From contig JAQTMK010000004.1 of assembly GCA_028714375.1 (NCBI GenBank), forward strand, positions 3,608 through 67,607: DNA of 64,000 nucleotides. The letters are read 5' to 3'. Positions 54,420 to 63,890 of this stretch are shown in pieces. This DNA is from Candidatus Nanoarchaeia archaeon (lineage in GTDB: Archaea > Nanobdellota > Nanobdellia > SCGC-AAA011-G17 > JACPNG01). How positions within the stretch are numbered: the first letter of the stretch is position 1; each line of letters begins with the position of its first letter. Position numbers and translations under genes: made by a program. The notes below the pieces were generated by a model. The model made no database searches, was not told the origin of the DNA, and was given only the letters and a program-made list of their open reading frames with translations.

Positions 54420-56984
54420 ATGTTAAGCAGCGTATATAAAAAAGTTGACAGTATTGTATTTGGTTTACTTAGTCCTAAAGAGGTTAAAAAAATGGCCTCT
54501 GTAAAAGTTGTTACAGCTGAACTGTATGATAAAGAAGGATATCCAGTAGACGGTGGTTTAATGGATTCAAGAATGGGAGTTATAGACCCTGGAATCAGAT
54601 GTAGAACATGCGGACAAAAACTAAAAGAATGTCACGGTCATTTTGGTTATATTGAATTAGCAAGACCAATAATCCATGTCAAATTCAACAAGCAGATTCT
54701 TGAAATGTTAAGAGCATTCTGTAATGAGTGTGGAAGAATTTTGATTTCCGATGAAGATATTGAAAACAATGTAAAAACATTTGAGATGATTGAAAAGACA
54801 AGAGGAAGCGAAGCAAGAAGAAGAAGGATGAAAGCTGTTCTTGCAAAATTAAAAGCTGTCAAGAAATGTCCTCACTGTGCTGCAAAACAATCTAATTACA
54901 AATTAGAACCTCCTACTAATTTCCTTGAGGGAGACAAAAAACTAAATCCAATCCAGATAAAAACAAGATTTGAAAAAATAACAGAAAAAGATTTGGAAGG
55001 GCTGGGATACAACCCAAGATTTGCACATCCAAGCTGGTTCATATTAACTGTATTACAGATCCCACCTGTAACAATGAGGCCATCAATCACATTGGAATCA
55101 GGAGAAAGATCAGAGGATGACTTAACACACAAATTAAGTGATATTGTAAGAATAAACCAGAGATTGTTTGAGAACATAAATGCCGGAGCTCCAGAAATCA
55201 TTGTTGAGGATTTATGGGATTTATTGCAGTATCATATCACAACTTACTTTGACAACACACTAACACAGATTCCACCTGCAAGACACAGAAGCGGACAACC
55301 ATTAAAAACATTGACTGAGAGAATTAAAAGCAAAGAAGGAAGATTCAGATACAACTTAGCCGGAAAAAGAGTTAACTTCTCTGCAAGAACTGTAATCTCT
55401 CCTGATCCAGAAATAAGATTCAATGAATTGGGAGTTCCTTATGAAGTTGCTATGGAATTGACTGTCCCTGAAAGAGTTACTGACTGGAACAAAGAATGGC
55501 TTAAAGTATTTTTGAAAAATGGTCCATTAAAATATCCTGGAGCAAATTATGTAATAAGACCTGACGGAAAAAAGAAAAAAATCACACCTGAAACACAGGA
55601 TACTTTATTAGAGGAATTAGACAACGGATATGTTGTTGAAAGACATCTGATTGACAGGGACATTGTAATATTCAACAGGCAGCCTTCACTTCACAGAATG
55701 AACATAATGGGACACAGAGTAAAAATACTCCCATACAAATCATTCAGACTGAACCCTGCTGTATGTAGTCCTTATGCAGCTGATTTCGATGGAGACGAGA
55801 TGAACCTGCATGTACCTCAGACTGAGGAAGCAAGAGCAGAAGCAGATATTTTAATGCAGGTACAGACACAGATTATAACTCCAAAGAACGGAACAAACAT
55901 CATAGGATCATTGGAAGATTCAATTACAGGAAATTATCTATTAACAAAATCTATGGTTATGAACAAAGAGCAGGCTGTAAGTTTATTGTTATCAATTGGT
56001 CTTGAAGAAATACCTAAATTCAAGGAAACTGTAACAGGTAAAGAAATTTTCTCTGCTATATTGCCAAAAGACTTTGAGTTCATAAGCGAGACAAAAGAAA
56101 AAACTCCAATAAAAGTAAAATCAGGACAGTTGATTGAAGGACATATTGATGAAAAAACAATTGGAGAAGAAAAAGGAGAGTTAATAAGAAGTCTGCATTC
56201 ACATTACGGAGAGGATGTAACATTAAAATTAATGGCTGATATTTTCAGATTAGGAATAAAAGCTTTGGCTATCAGAGGATTTACAACAAGCTTATCTGAC
56301 ACTGATATGACTGCTGACATAAAAGCAAAAGTAAACAGAGCACTAAGCGACGCTAAAAAAGAAGCTGAAGATTTAATCACACAGTATAATAACAAACAAT
56401 TAGAGGCACTTCCAAGTAAGACTTTGGAAGAAACTTTGGAAGCATTAATCCTGCAGGTATTAAACAAAGTAAGAAACAAGATAGGAGACTTCCTGTCTGA
56501 ATCATTAAGTCAGGAAAACCCAACTGTGATAATGGCAAAGTCAGGAGCAAGAGGTAATATGCTTAACATTGCACAGATGGCTGCATGTGTTGGACAGCAG
56601 GCTCTTAGAGGAAAAAGAATTGAGATAGGATACGAAGGAAGAACATTATCATTATTCAAGAGAGGAGAACTAACTCCATTATCAAAAGGATTTATTGACA
56701 AGGGATTCAAACAGGGAATTGATGCAAGAGAATATTTCTTCCACGCTATGACAGGAAGAGACTCATTAATGGATGTAGCATTAAGAACACCTAAATCAGG
56801 ATACTTATACAGAAGACTTGCAAATGCATTACAGGACATGAAGATAGAGTATGATAACACTGTAAGAGATGCAAACAGGATGATTGTACAATTTAACTAC
56901 GGAGACGACGGAGTAGATGTCTCAAGAAGTGTTAATGGTTCAATTGATGTAAAGAAAATAATCAAAGAGGTAGTAGGAAAATGA
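54420..56984 (+). CDS. rpoA1: RNA polymerase subunit A' (Rpo1N)
   Basis: Zinc motifs CRTCGQKLKECHGHFG, RFNLAGKRVNFSARTVISPDP and the catalytic AADFDGDEMN (NADFDGD variant). Confidence 0.95.
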   Translation: MLSSVYKKVDSIVFGLLSPKEVKKMASVKVVTAELYDKEGYPVDGGLMDSRMGVIDPGIRCRTCGQKLKECHGHFGYIELARPIIHVKFNKQILEMLRAFCNECGRILISDEDIENNVKTFEMIEKTRGSEARRRRMKAVLAKLKAVKKCPHCAAKQSNYKLEPPTNFLEGDKKLNPIQIKTRFEKITEKDLEGLGYNPRFAHPSWFILTVLQIPPVTMRPSITLESGERSEDDLTHKLSDIVRINQRLFENINAGAPEIIVEDLWDLLQYHITTYFDNTLTQIPPARHRSGQPLKTLTERIKSKEGRFRYNLAGKRVNFSARTVISPDPEIRFNELGVPYEVAMELTVPERVTDWNKEWLKVFLKNGPLKYPGANYVIRPDGKKKKITPETQDTLLEELDNGYVVERHLIDRDIVIFNRQPSLHRMNIMGHRVKILPYKSFRLNPAVCSPYAADFDGDEMNLHVPQTEEARAEADILMQVQTQIITPKNGTNIIGSLEDSITGNYLLTKSMVMNKEQAVSLLLSIGLEEIPKFKETVTGKEIFSAILPKDFEFISETKEKTPIKVKSGQLIEGHIDEKTIGEEKGELIRSLHSHYGEDVTLKLMADIFRLGIKALAIRGFTTSLSDTDMTADIKAKVNRALSDAKKEAEDLITQYNNKQLEALPSKTLEETLEALILQVLNKVRNKIGDFLSESLSQENPTVIMAKSGARGNMLNIAQMAACVGQQALRGKRIEIGYEGRTLSLFKRGELTPLSKGFIDKGFKQGIDAREYFFHAMTGRDSLMDVALRTPKSGYLYRRLANALQDMKIEYDNTVRDANRMIVQFNYGDDGVDVSRSVNGSIDVKKIIKEVVGK

Positions 56985-58150
56985 TTGAGAACTATAAAGA
57001 AAAAATACCTGCACCATTACTGGATAAATATCTTAAATTAACAAAAGATATGAAACTAACCAAAGACCAAGAGAAAAAAATACTTGACAAGCTAGAAAAA
57101 GAATATAATAATGCAAAAATTGCACCCGGAGAAAGCATCGGTGTAATAACTGCTGAGAGTTTTGGAGAGCCAGGTACACAGATGACATTAAATGTATTCC
57201 ATTTTGCTGGAGTTGCAGAAGTGCAGGTTACACTAGGATTACCTAGACTTATTGAATTATTTGATGCAAGAAAAACTGTATCAACACCTGCGATGGAAGT
57301 ATTTTTGGACAAGAAATATTCTGATAACCAGGCCACTGTGAAGAAAGTTGCTGCTTTAATAAAAGAAACAAAATTCAGGGAAGTTGTATCCTCATTTTCA
57401 ATCAATGTTTTGAACTTACAGGTTGAGTGTGAATTAAACAAGAAAAATATAAGGGATCTTAAAATAAAAGAAGATGAGATTGTTGAAGCACTTAACAAAG
57501 GACTAAAAGGAGTAAATGTCAAACTAGTAAACAAGGGAGATTCAATTGTACTGAAACCAAATTCTGAAGAATTAAAAGATGTTTACAAACTAAAAGAAAA
57601 AGCAAAAGACGTTTTCGTAAGGGGAATTCCCGGAGTTACACAGGTATTGCCTGTAATGCAGGGAAATGAATTTGTTATTTTAACTGCTGGATCTAATTTA
57701 AAAGAAGTAATCAAGATACCTGAAGTTGATGAGACAAGAACAAAATCAAACAATATGTTTGAGATGCATGATGTATTTGGAATTGAAGTTGCAAGAAATA
57801 ACATAATTGAAGAAGCACAGAAAGTCATTCAAAATCAGGGTTTAGATGTTGACATAAGACACATAATGTTCATCGCAGACATAATGTGTGCTACAGGTGA
57901 AATAAAAGGTATAACAAGATCTGGAATTACAGGAGAAAAAGAATCTGTCCTGGCTAGAGCAAGTTTCGAAACACCAATCAAACACATAATTGATGCATCT
58001 TTAGTCGGAGAAATTGATACTCTTAATTCTGTAATTGAGAATGTTATCTTAAACCAGCCAGTACCACTTGGAACAGGATTACCAGGACTGGTTGTAAAGA
58101 TGGCAGGAGAAGTTGAAAATGAAAAATCTACAAGAAGCAATAAAAAGTGA
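56981..58150 (+). CDS. rpoA2: RNA polymerase subunit A'' (Rpo1C)
   Basis: GESIGVITAESFGEPGTQMTLNVFHFAG (trigger-loop region). 4-nt overlap with rpoA1. Confidence 0.95.
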   Translation: MIENYKEKIPAPLLDKYLKLTKDMKLTKDQEKKILDKLEKEYNNAKIAPGESIGVITAESFGEPGTQMTLNVFHFAGVAEVQVTLGLPRLIELFDARKTVSTPAMEVFLDKKYSDNQATVKKVAALIKETKFREVVSSFSINVLNLQVECELNKKNIRDLKIKEDEIVEALNKGLKGVNVKLVNKGDSIVLKPNSEELKDVYKLKEKAKDVFVRGIPGVTQVLPVMQGNEFVILTAGSNLKEVIKIPEVDETRTKSNNMFEMHDVFGIEVARNNIIEEAQKVIQNQGLDVDIRHIMFIADIMCATGEIKGITRSGITGEKESVLARASFETPIKHIIDASLVGEIDTLNSVIENVILNQPVPLGTGLPGLVVKMAGEVENEKSTRSNKK

Positions 58151-58367
58151 AAACCTAACCCTTGGAAGTCAGGTTACAATAAAAAAATTAAGACAGAACA
58201 AAGTTAAACACGTTTTCCTGGCAAGCAATTGCAAGGAAGAAGTTAAGAAAGATATTGAAGCTTTGGCAAAAATAAACAAAGCTGAAATAATTTATCTTGA
58301 TATTGACAATAAGGAGCTGGGAATTGCTTGTAAAAAACCATTCACTGTCAGTGTTTTAAGCTGTTAA
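58113..58367 (+). CDS. rpl30e: Ribosomal protein L30e
   Basis: LGSQVTIKKLRQNKVKHVFLASNC...ELGIACKKPFTVSVLS. At its conserved position after rpoA2. Confidence 0.85.
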   Translation: MKMKNLQEAIKSENLTLGSQVTIKKLRQNKVKHVFLASNCKEEVKKDIEALAKINKAEIIYLDIDNKELGIACKKPFTVSVLSC

Positions 58368-58375
58368 ATTCTAAA

Positions 58376-58783
58376 ATGAGATACGGTATTGAAGAGATAA
58401 ATTACATAAATATTATGGAGAAATCCACAAAAGCAAAGATTAAAGACTGTTATCTTGAAAATGATCTCTTAGTTTTCATAACTGACGAAGGTGAAATTGG
58501 AAAAGCAATAGGAAAAGCAGGATCAAACATAAAAAGAGTTTCAAACTTATTACACAAACAAATAAAGGTAATTGAATTTAACAAATCACCAGAAATTTTT
58601 ATTGAAAATCTAATAAAACCTGTAAAAGGTAAAGTTTATAAAGACGAAAATGGCACAATTTTCATTGAGGTAAAAGACATGGCTGGAAAGGCCAATCTGC
58701 TTGGTAAAAACAGGCGAAACCTGATAAAAATACAGGAAATTGCCTCTAAATATTTCAAGGATATACAAATTAAAGTTGTTTAA
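58376..58783 (+). CDS. nusA: Archaeal NusA-like termination factor (two KH domains)
   Basis: [14 protein letters not shown] and [16 protein letters not shown] GxxG KH motifs. Conserved position. Confidence 0.85.
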   Translation: MRYGIEEINYINIMEKSTKAKIKDCYLENDLLVFITDEGEIGKAIGKAGSNIKRVSNLLHKQIKVIEFNKSPEIFIENLIKPVKGKVYKDENGTIFIEVKDMAGKANLLGKNRRNLIKIQEIASKYFKDIQIKVV

Positions 58784-58785
58784 AA

Positions 58786-59223
58786 ATGGCAAACAAAGGT
58801 AGAGGATTAGGATCTGGAAAAAAACTTTTAGATAGAAGGAAGAGGATGAGATGGAAAGAAAGACTTTACAAAAACAGAATGTTAAGACTAAAAGAAAGAG
58901 CAGACCCATTGAAAGGATCACCTCAGGCCAAAGCAATTGTACTTGAAAAAAGACAGGTAACTGCAAAGCAGCCAAACTCAGCTCTTAGAAAATGTGTTAG
59001 GGTACAATTAGTTAAAAACGGAAGACAGGTAACTGCGTTTGCACCAAGAACCGGAGCTATAAAAATAATCAACGAGCACGACGAAGTTGTCATTGAACCT
59101 ATTGGTGGAACAAAAGGAAGATCAAAAGGAGATTTACCAGCTATAAGATGGCAGGTTATAAAAGTTAATGATCAAAGCTTAAATGCATTAGTAAGAGGTA
59201 AGATAGAGAAGGGTAGAAGATGA
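58786..59223 (+). CDS. rps12: Ribosomal protein S12 (uS12)
   Basis: [27 protein letters not shown]...[13 protein letters not shown]. Confidence 0.95.
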   Translation: MANKGRGLGSGKKLLDRRKRMRWKERLYKNRMLRLKERADPLKGSPQAKAIVLEKRQVTAKQPNSALRKCVRVQLVKNGRQVTAFAPRTGAIKIINEHDEVVIEPIGGTKGRSKGDLPAIRWQVIKVNDQSLNALVRGKIEKGRR

Positions 59224-59813
59224 TTAAATTATTTGACAAATGGGATACAAGTAATATTTCAGTTGCTGATCCAGGATTGAGACAATATATTAACCTGCAA
59301 CCTATCTTAGTTCCAAGAACATTTGGAAGAAACAGCAACATACAGTTCTGGAAATCAAAATATCATATTGTTGAAAGATTAACAAACAAATTAATGAATA
59401 CTGGTCACAGGGGAAAAACCCACAGAATGAGATCCGGTAATTTCACAGGAAAAGGTCTTCATGTCTATAACACAGTACAGAAAGCTTTAGAAATGGTTGA
59501 AAAAAAATTAAATAAAAACCCAGTTGAAGTTTTAATCAAAGCTATTGAAAATGCTGCTCCAAGGGATGAGATTACAACAATAGAGTACGGTGGAGCAAGA
59601 TATCCTCAGGCTGTTGAAATGTCTCCTCAGAGAAGAGTTGACTTTGCTTTAAGAACAATAACACAGGGATCATATCAAAAAACATTCAGGAAAAAGATGA
59701 GTATTGCTACCGGATTGGCTGAAGAAATAATTTCGGCTTACAATCTTGATAACAAGTCTTATGCAATTTCAAAGAAATTTGAGTTGGAGAGACAGGCTGA
59801 CGCAGCCAGATAG
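59220..59813 (+). CDS. rps7: Ribosomal protein S7 (uS7)
   Basis: [37 protein letters not shown]...[10 protein letters not shown]. Confidence 0.95.
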   Translation: MIKLFDKWDTSNISVADPGLRQYINLQPILVPRTFGRNSNIQFWKSKYHIVERLTNKLMNTGHRGKTHRMRSGNFTGKGLHVYNTVQKALEMVEKKLNKNPVEVLIKAIENAAPRDEITTIEYGGARYPQAVEMSPQRRVDFALRTITQGSYQKTFRKKMSIATGLAEEIISAYNLDNKSYAISKKFELERQADAAR

Positions 59814-59871
59814 TCCTAAATATATTTCTTAGTTTAATTTTATTTAAATAGACATAATTATTTTTTAATCT

Positions 59872-60303
59872 ATGGAAAAAGAGGAATTGTTTAAAATCAG
59901 AAAAGAAATATATCAAAAACTAGATTATTATTCCAGCATAAAAGACAATTATCTGGACATAAATGATAATGAAAAATTTATTGAAGGACTTGAAGGAGCT
60001 ATTTTAGTTTGTAACGCCTTAGGTTTTCCGGGAAAACATAAACTTTTTGGATTAAACGACAGCAAGATCTGGAGAGAAAATTATTTTGATGATATTGCCC
60101 ATGAAATCAAGCGGTTAAGTTCAGATGGAAGATTAGACCAAATAAAGACTAAAGAGAAGTATGAGATCTGTAAAGAACATATAAAAGAAAAAGTTGATTC
60201 TTTTGTCAGAGGTGGAGAAATGGGTGGGGTCAGTTTTAAGAGTAATTTGGAAAGTCTGGCTGGAGTTCTTTATTATTTAAATATATTCAAAAAAAATAAG
60301 TAG
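59872..60303 (+). CDS. Hypothetical protein, 143 aa
   Basis: ORF with a TATA-like 'ttatttaaatag' upstream. No family recognised. Its stop abuts tRNA-Val on the opposite strand. Confidence 0.45.
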   Translation: MEKEELFKIRKEIYQKLDYYSSIKDNYLDINDNEKFIEGLEGAILVCNALGFPGKHKLFGLNDSKIWRENYFDDIAHEIKRLSSDGRLDQIKTKEKYEICKEHIKEKVDSFVRGGEMGGVSFKSNLESLAGVLYYLNIFKKNK

Positions 60304-60376
60304 TGGGCCCACCCGGACTCGAACCGGGGACATTCACCTTGTAAGGGTGACATCATAGCCACTAGATCATGGGCCC
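60304..60376 (-). tRNA. tRNA-Val (TAC)
   Basis: The reverse complement folds with acceptor gggccca/tgggccc, anticodon arm tcacc-ctTACaa-ggtga and T-arm cccgg-ttcgagt-ccggg. Confidence 0.9.
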
Positions 60377-60416
60377 TTGATATAGGAAACCTAAAAATAG
60401 TTTAAAAAGGTTTCTA

Positions 60417-61007
60417 TCAAAAAACAATAGCACGATTGTCTCTCTTACATTTAGTAACTACGGTTTCAAAAGATTCCTTGAACTGATCTTCTGGAATAAG
60501 TTTTTTTCCAACCTTTGGATCCATTATCAGGAATTTTTTATCCCCATAACCATAGACAACAACAAAATTTGACTGTGCCTTGTGATCCCTAAAAACACCA
60601 ACATTCATTCTTACAAGAAGTATCCTATCTTCCTTTAAGAATTTTTTAATATCATCAAGGGTTATTTTTTTCTCATAAATCTTTATTCCTTTTTGTTCTG
60701 CTTCTTTTAAGATTAGATTTGAAGTAAACTTTGCGTGATTTATTTCTTTAAGTGTATAGCTCTTAAATCTGTAATTTGGATATTCATATTCCTTGTTTTC
60801 AACATAAATCTTAGGGTCTAATCCGAGTTCTTTTGCATAAAGAGCCAAGCCATAAATTGAAGATGCTCTTACTGGAAGCAAAGCAGTTTTTCTCCATATC
60901 TGGAATTCATTCTCTCTTGTCAATTCTAATTTATTAAAATGATTTAAGACCATCAACAAGGCTGAGCTGCTTCCGGTGTAGTCTGTAGTCTCTACATAAA
61001 ATTCCAT
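60417..61007 (-). CDS. Papain-like (peptidase C39-like) domain protein, possibly with substituted catalytic residues
   Basis: TDYTGSSSALLMVLNHF and SNFVVVYGYGDKKFLIMDP resemble the Cys and His boxes of C39-like peptidases, but with Ser and Asn at the expected catalytic positions. Alignment is by eye only. Confidence 0.45.
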   Translation of the reverse strand: MEFYVETTDYTGSSSALLMVLNHFNKLELTRENEFQIWRKTALLPVRASSIYGLALYAKELGLDPKIYVENKEYEYPNYRFKSYTLKEINHAKFTSNLILKEAEQKGIKIYEKKITLDDIKKFLKEDRILLVRMNVGVFRDHKAQSNFVVVYGYGDKKFLIMDPKVGKKLIPEDQFKESFETVVTKCKRDNRAIVF

Positions 61008-61089
61008 AAAAGAGAAATGGGGCAGGGATATTTAAAGGTTTTCAGAGTAACCAAAACATTTATATAGATTAGCTCAAAAAATAGATAAT

Positions 61090-62910
61090 ATGGAAGATAT
61101 GATGAAAGAAAAACATCCTAAGGATTCTTTTGCGGCTAAACTTGAAGATTCAAAGAAAGACATTGAAAAATTCAAGAAAGAAGTCCTGAAAAAATTTGAC
61201 AAATACATCCTTGGAATGAGCATACTTCCACCAAAACTTCCTGAAGAACTGAGAAACGAGGAATATTTAAAACTAGAAGCAGAAAAAAAAGAGCATGAAC
61301 TGATTAATATTTTAATTCTTATTGATGATTCTGACAGCAAAAAAATGTCCAAAGAGGAACTTGGAGACAAATTAACAAACATAACAAAAGAGATGGCAAC
61401 AAGCGTGAATAAAAAACTAAATCCTATTCCACTTTTATTGTCTGGCTTGAAAGAATCATGCTTTGATTCAAAGTTTGACATATTAAAAGCAATCGGAATG
61501 TCTATAATATTTTATGATAAAGGAATTTTGGGAGCATTAAAAACAGCAGAGATACACAAAGCAATGACTGTTGAGAAATTTGAAAGATATGTATTAAGTT
61601 ATGTTGCTGCTGGTTCATTATTCAGAGGCGATGCAAACTCAAATGATATTGATATCTTCATTGTTATTGATGATACTGATGTAAAAAGAATGCCACGTGC
61701 AGAATTAAAAACAAAATTAAGAGCTATCATCCAGAACATGGGCTTCAGCGCTTCAAAAATATCAGGAATAGATGCAAGCTTCCATGTCCAAACCTACATA
61801 CTAACTGATTTCTGGGAATCTGTAAGAGATGCTAACCCGGTGATATTTACCTTATTGAGAGATGGTGTTCCATTGTATGACAGAGGAGTATTCTTGCCCT
61901 GGAGATTATTATTAAACATGGGTAAGATCAAACCAAGTCTGGAAGCTATTGAAATGAACATGGAGATAGGTGAAAGACTTGTAGAAAGAACAAAAGCAAA
62001 AATGATGAGCATATTAGGTGAAGATTTGTTCTATGCAACATTAAATCCTGGACAGGCTGCACTTATGCTTTATGGAATTCCTCCAACAACACCAAAAGAA
62101 ACAGTAAGATTAATGGATGAGATTTTCGTAAAGAAAGAAAAATTACTTGAGAAAAAATACGTTGATATTCTTGAAAAAATAAGAAAATACTACAAAGATT
62201 TAGAACATGGAAGAATAAAGGAAGTTTCCGGAAAAGAAATTGATGAATTGCTTAAAGACACAGAAGATTATCTGAAAAGAATACAGAAACTATTTGCACA
62301 GATTGAGAAAAAATCAAACAAAGAAAAATTAAACAACAATTATGATACCTGCATACATATTACACAGGATGTTTTGGAATTAGAGGGAGTTAAACCAAAT
62401 ATCAATAAATTAGAAGTTGATTTCAAAAGGGTTTTTGTTGACAAAGGAATTTTCCCTGAGAAATTCATAAGAATACTTAAAGACGTCATAAGAGTCAAGA
62501 AGGATTTTGATTCTAAAAAAGAAAACAGCGATGTTATGAAACAGGAAATTGCCAAGACATTAAGAGAGTCAAATGAATATATTAAAACTTTAGTTGAACA
62601 TATTGAAAGAAAGAAATCTTATGAACTGGACAAAATAACAATAAGGTTCAAGCACGGAGACTTAATCGGAGAAGTTTTATTGTTTGACAAAGTTGCTTTC
62701 ATAATTGACAATATTGAGAAAAGAGATGAGATTAACAAGGCTGACATCATTGGCGGCAAGCTTAGAAATATCAATAAGAGTTCTTTGGAAGAGTTTGAGG
62801 AATACATCAAGACTGCCAAGATCCCTGCAAGCGTATTCATACAGGAAAGCATATTCAGTGACCTGAAAACCCTGTTTGGAAAAGATGTAGAGATTATGGT
62901 GAATTATTAA
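61090..62910 (+). CDS. Large protein with tandem Pol-beta-type nucleotidyltransferase-like modules and a helical C-terminal region
   Basis: AAGSLFRGDANSNDIDIFIVIDDTDVKRMPRAEL is a GS..DxD NTase signature. An upstream degenerate copy INILILIDDSDSKKMSKEEL lacks the GS motif. Confidence 0.6.
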   Translation: MEDMMKEKHPKDSFAAKLEDSKKDIEKFKKEVLKKFDKYILGMSILPPKLPEELRNEEYLKLEAEKKEHELINILILIDDSDSKKMSKEELGDKLTNITKEMATSVNKKLNPIPLLLSGLKESCFDSKFDILKAIGMSIIFYDKGILGALKTAEIHKAMTVEKFERYVLSYVAAGSLFRGDANSNDIDIFIVIDDTDVKRMPRAELKTKLRAIIQNMGFSASKISGIDASFHVQTYILTDFWESVRDANPVIFTLLRDGVPLYDRGVFLPWRLLLNMGKIKPSLEAIEMNMEIGERLVERTKAKMMSILGEDLFYATLNPGQAALMLYGIPPTTPKETVRLMDEIFVKKEKLLEKKYVDILEKIRKYYKDLEHGRIKEVSGKEIDELLKDTEDYLKRIQKLFAQIEKKSNKEKLNNNYDTCIHITQDVLELEGVKPNINKLEVDFKRVFVDKGIFPEKFIRILKDVIRVKKDFDSKKENSDVMKQEIAKTLRESNEYIKTLVEHIERKKSYELDKITIRFKHGDLIGEVLLFDKVAFIIDNIEKRDEINKADIIGGKLRNINKSSLEEFEEYIKTAKIPASVFIQESIFSDLKTLFGKDVEIMVNY

Positions 62911-62958
62911 TATTGTATCACCATAAATCTTAAATAGAAATATCTAAATTAAAGATTT

Positions 62959-63411
62959 ATGTTTAATAAAGAATTTTCAGATTTAGTAGAAGGCTATCGG
63001 AAGAATGGGTGGCATGATGAGAATGGGAGTCATATTCATTTTTTACCTGGATTTAGTCTTGTTTTTACAAATGATAATATGAGAGACTTAAATAGAAGAT
63101 ATGCTATTTATACTGCACCAACCTCTCAGGTCCCTTCTTCAATGGGTTCTGCAAGTATGGAAAGTGTAGCTGTTGAATTGTTTAAAATCTACAGAATATA
63201 TAACTCTTTTGTTGGTCTTGAGAAAATAGAACTTGAAGAATTTTTAAATAAAGTAAAAAATGAGAAGTATTATGTGAGTCGTTTTTTAGGGAGTAAATTT
63301 CTTGAATCTAAACTAATTTTGGGAGCAGAGGTAGTATTCCCAACCGAAGAACTTTTAGAAAATCAGGGATTGAAAACTTATGAGAAACTTCGTGAAGAGC
63401 GTTCAACTTGA
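62959..63411 (+). CDS. Hypothetical protein, 150 aa
   Basis: ORF with a TATA-like 'atcttaaataga' upstream. No family recognised. Confidence 0.45.
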   Translation: MFNKEFSDLVEGYRKNGWHDENGSHIHFLPGFSLVFTNDNMRDLNRRYAIYTAPTSQVPSSMGSASMESVAVELFKIYRIYNSFVGLEKIELEEFLNKVKNEKYYVSRFLGSKFLESKLILGAEVVFPTEELLENQGLKTYEKLREERST

Positions 63412-63443
63412 TAAATAAAATCTATTAATTATTAGCTAAATCT

Positions 63444-63581
63444 TTATAAATTTAATTTCTTGGTTTGAATTGTATTAAAAATTATAAGGGTTTTCCTTTT
63501 AAAAAGTTCTTAGTTAGAACTATTTCTTGTTTTTTGTTTTGAACGGAAGACCCTGGAAGATTAAAAAGAAAGGAGAAAATT
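63444..63581 (+). promoter_or_regulatory. TATA plus ~110-nt leader with 'GTTCTTAGTTAGAAC' and 'ACGGAAGACC/CTGGAAGA' cores (copy C)
   Basis: 'tttataaa' lies 138 nt before the ATG. 'ttagttag' at 63510-63517 lies 72 nt before the ATG (compare 71 and 73 nt in copies A and B). Confidence 0.45.
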
Positions 63582-63890
63582 ATGGGTACAGATAGAAAAT
63601 TTGAGAAAAACAAAGTTCGAGTCTATTGTGCAGGATGTGGAAAATCATATTTTGAGTTTGAAGCGGAAAATGTTCGAAACATAGATGGAAACCTAAAGAC
63701 CCCAAGGGAAAATTGGTATGATAGGGGGGAGTGGTATGAGGGAGACCGCGATGAATCTGGTAATGGGATCTCTTTAATCTGTGGGAAATGTCAAAATATA
63801 AGAGAAAAAGAAGAACTACAAACTAAAAAAAGAAGAGCTGAAGAAGAATTGGAAAAAATAAATAAAAAAATTAAAAAGGAGTCTTTATGA
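63582..63890 (+). CDS. Zinc-ribbon protein with K/E-rich tail, 102 aa
   Basis: CAGCGK...CGKCQN four-Cys ribbon. AGGAG Shine-Dalgarno upstream. Confidence 0.55.
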   Translation: MGTDRKFEKNKVRVYCAGCGKSYFEFEAENVRNIDGNLKTPRENWYDRGEWYEGDRDESGNGISLICGKCQNIREKEELQTKKRRAEEELEKINKKIKKESL

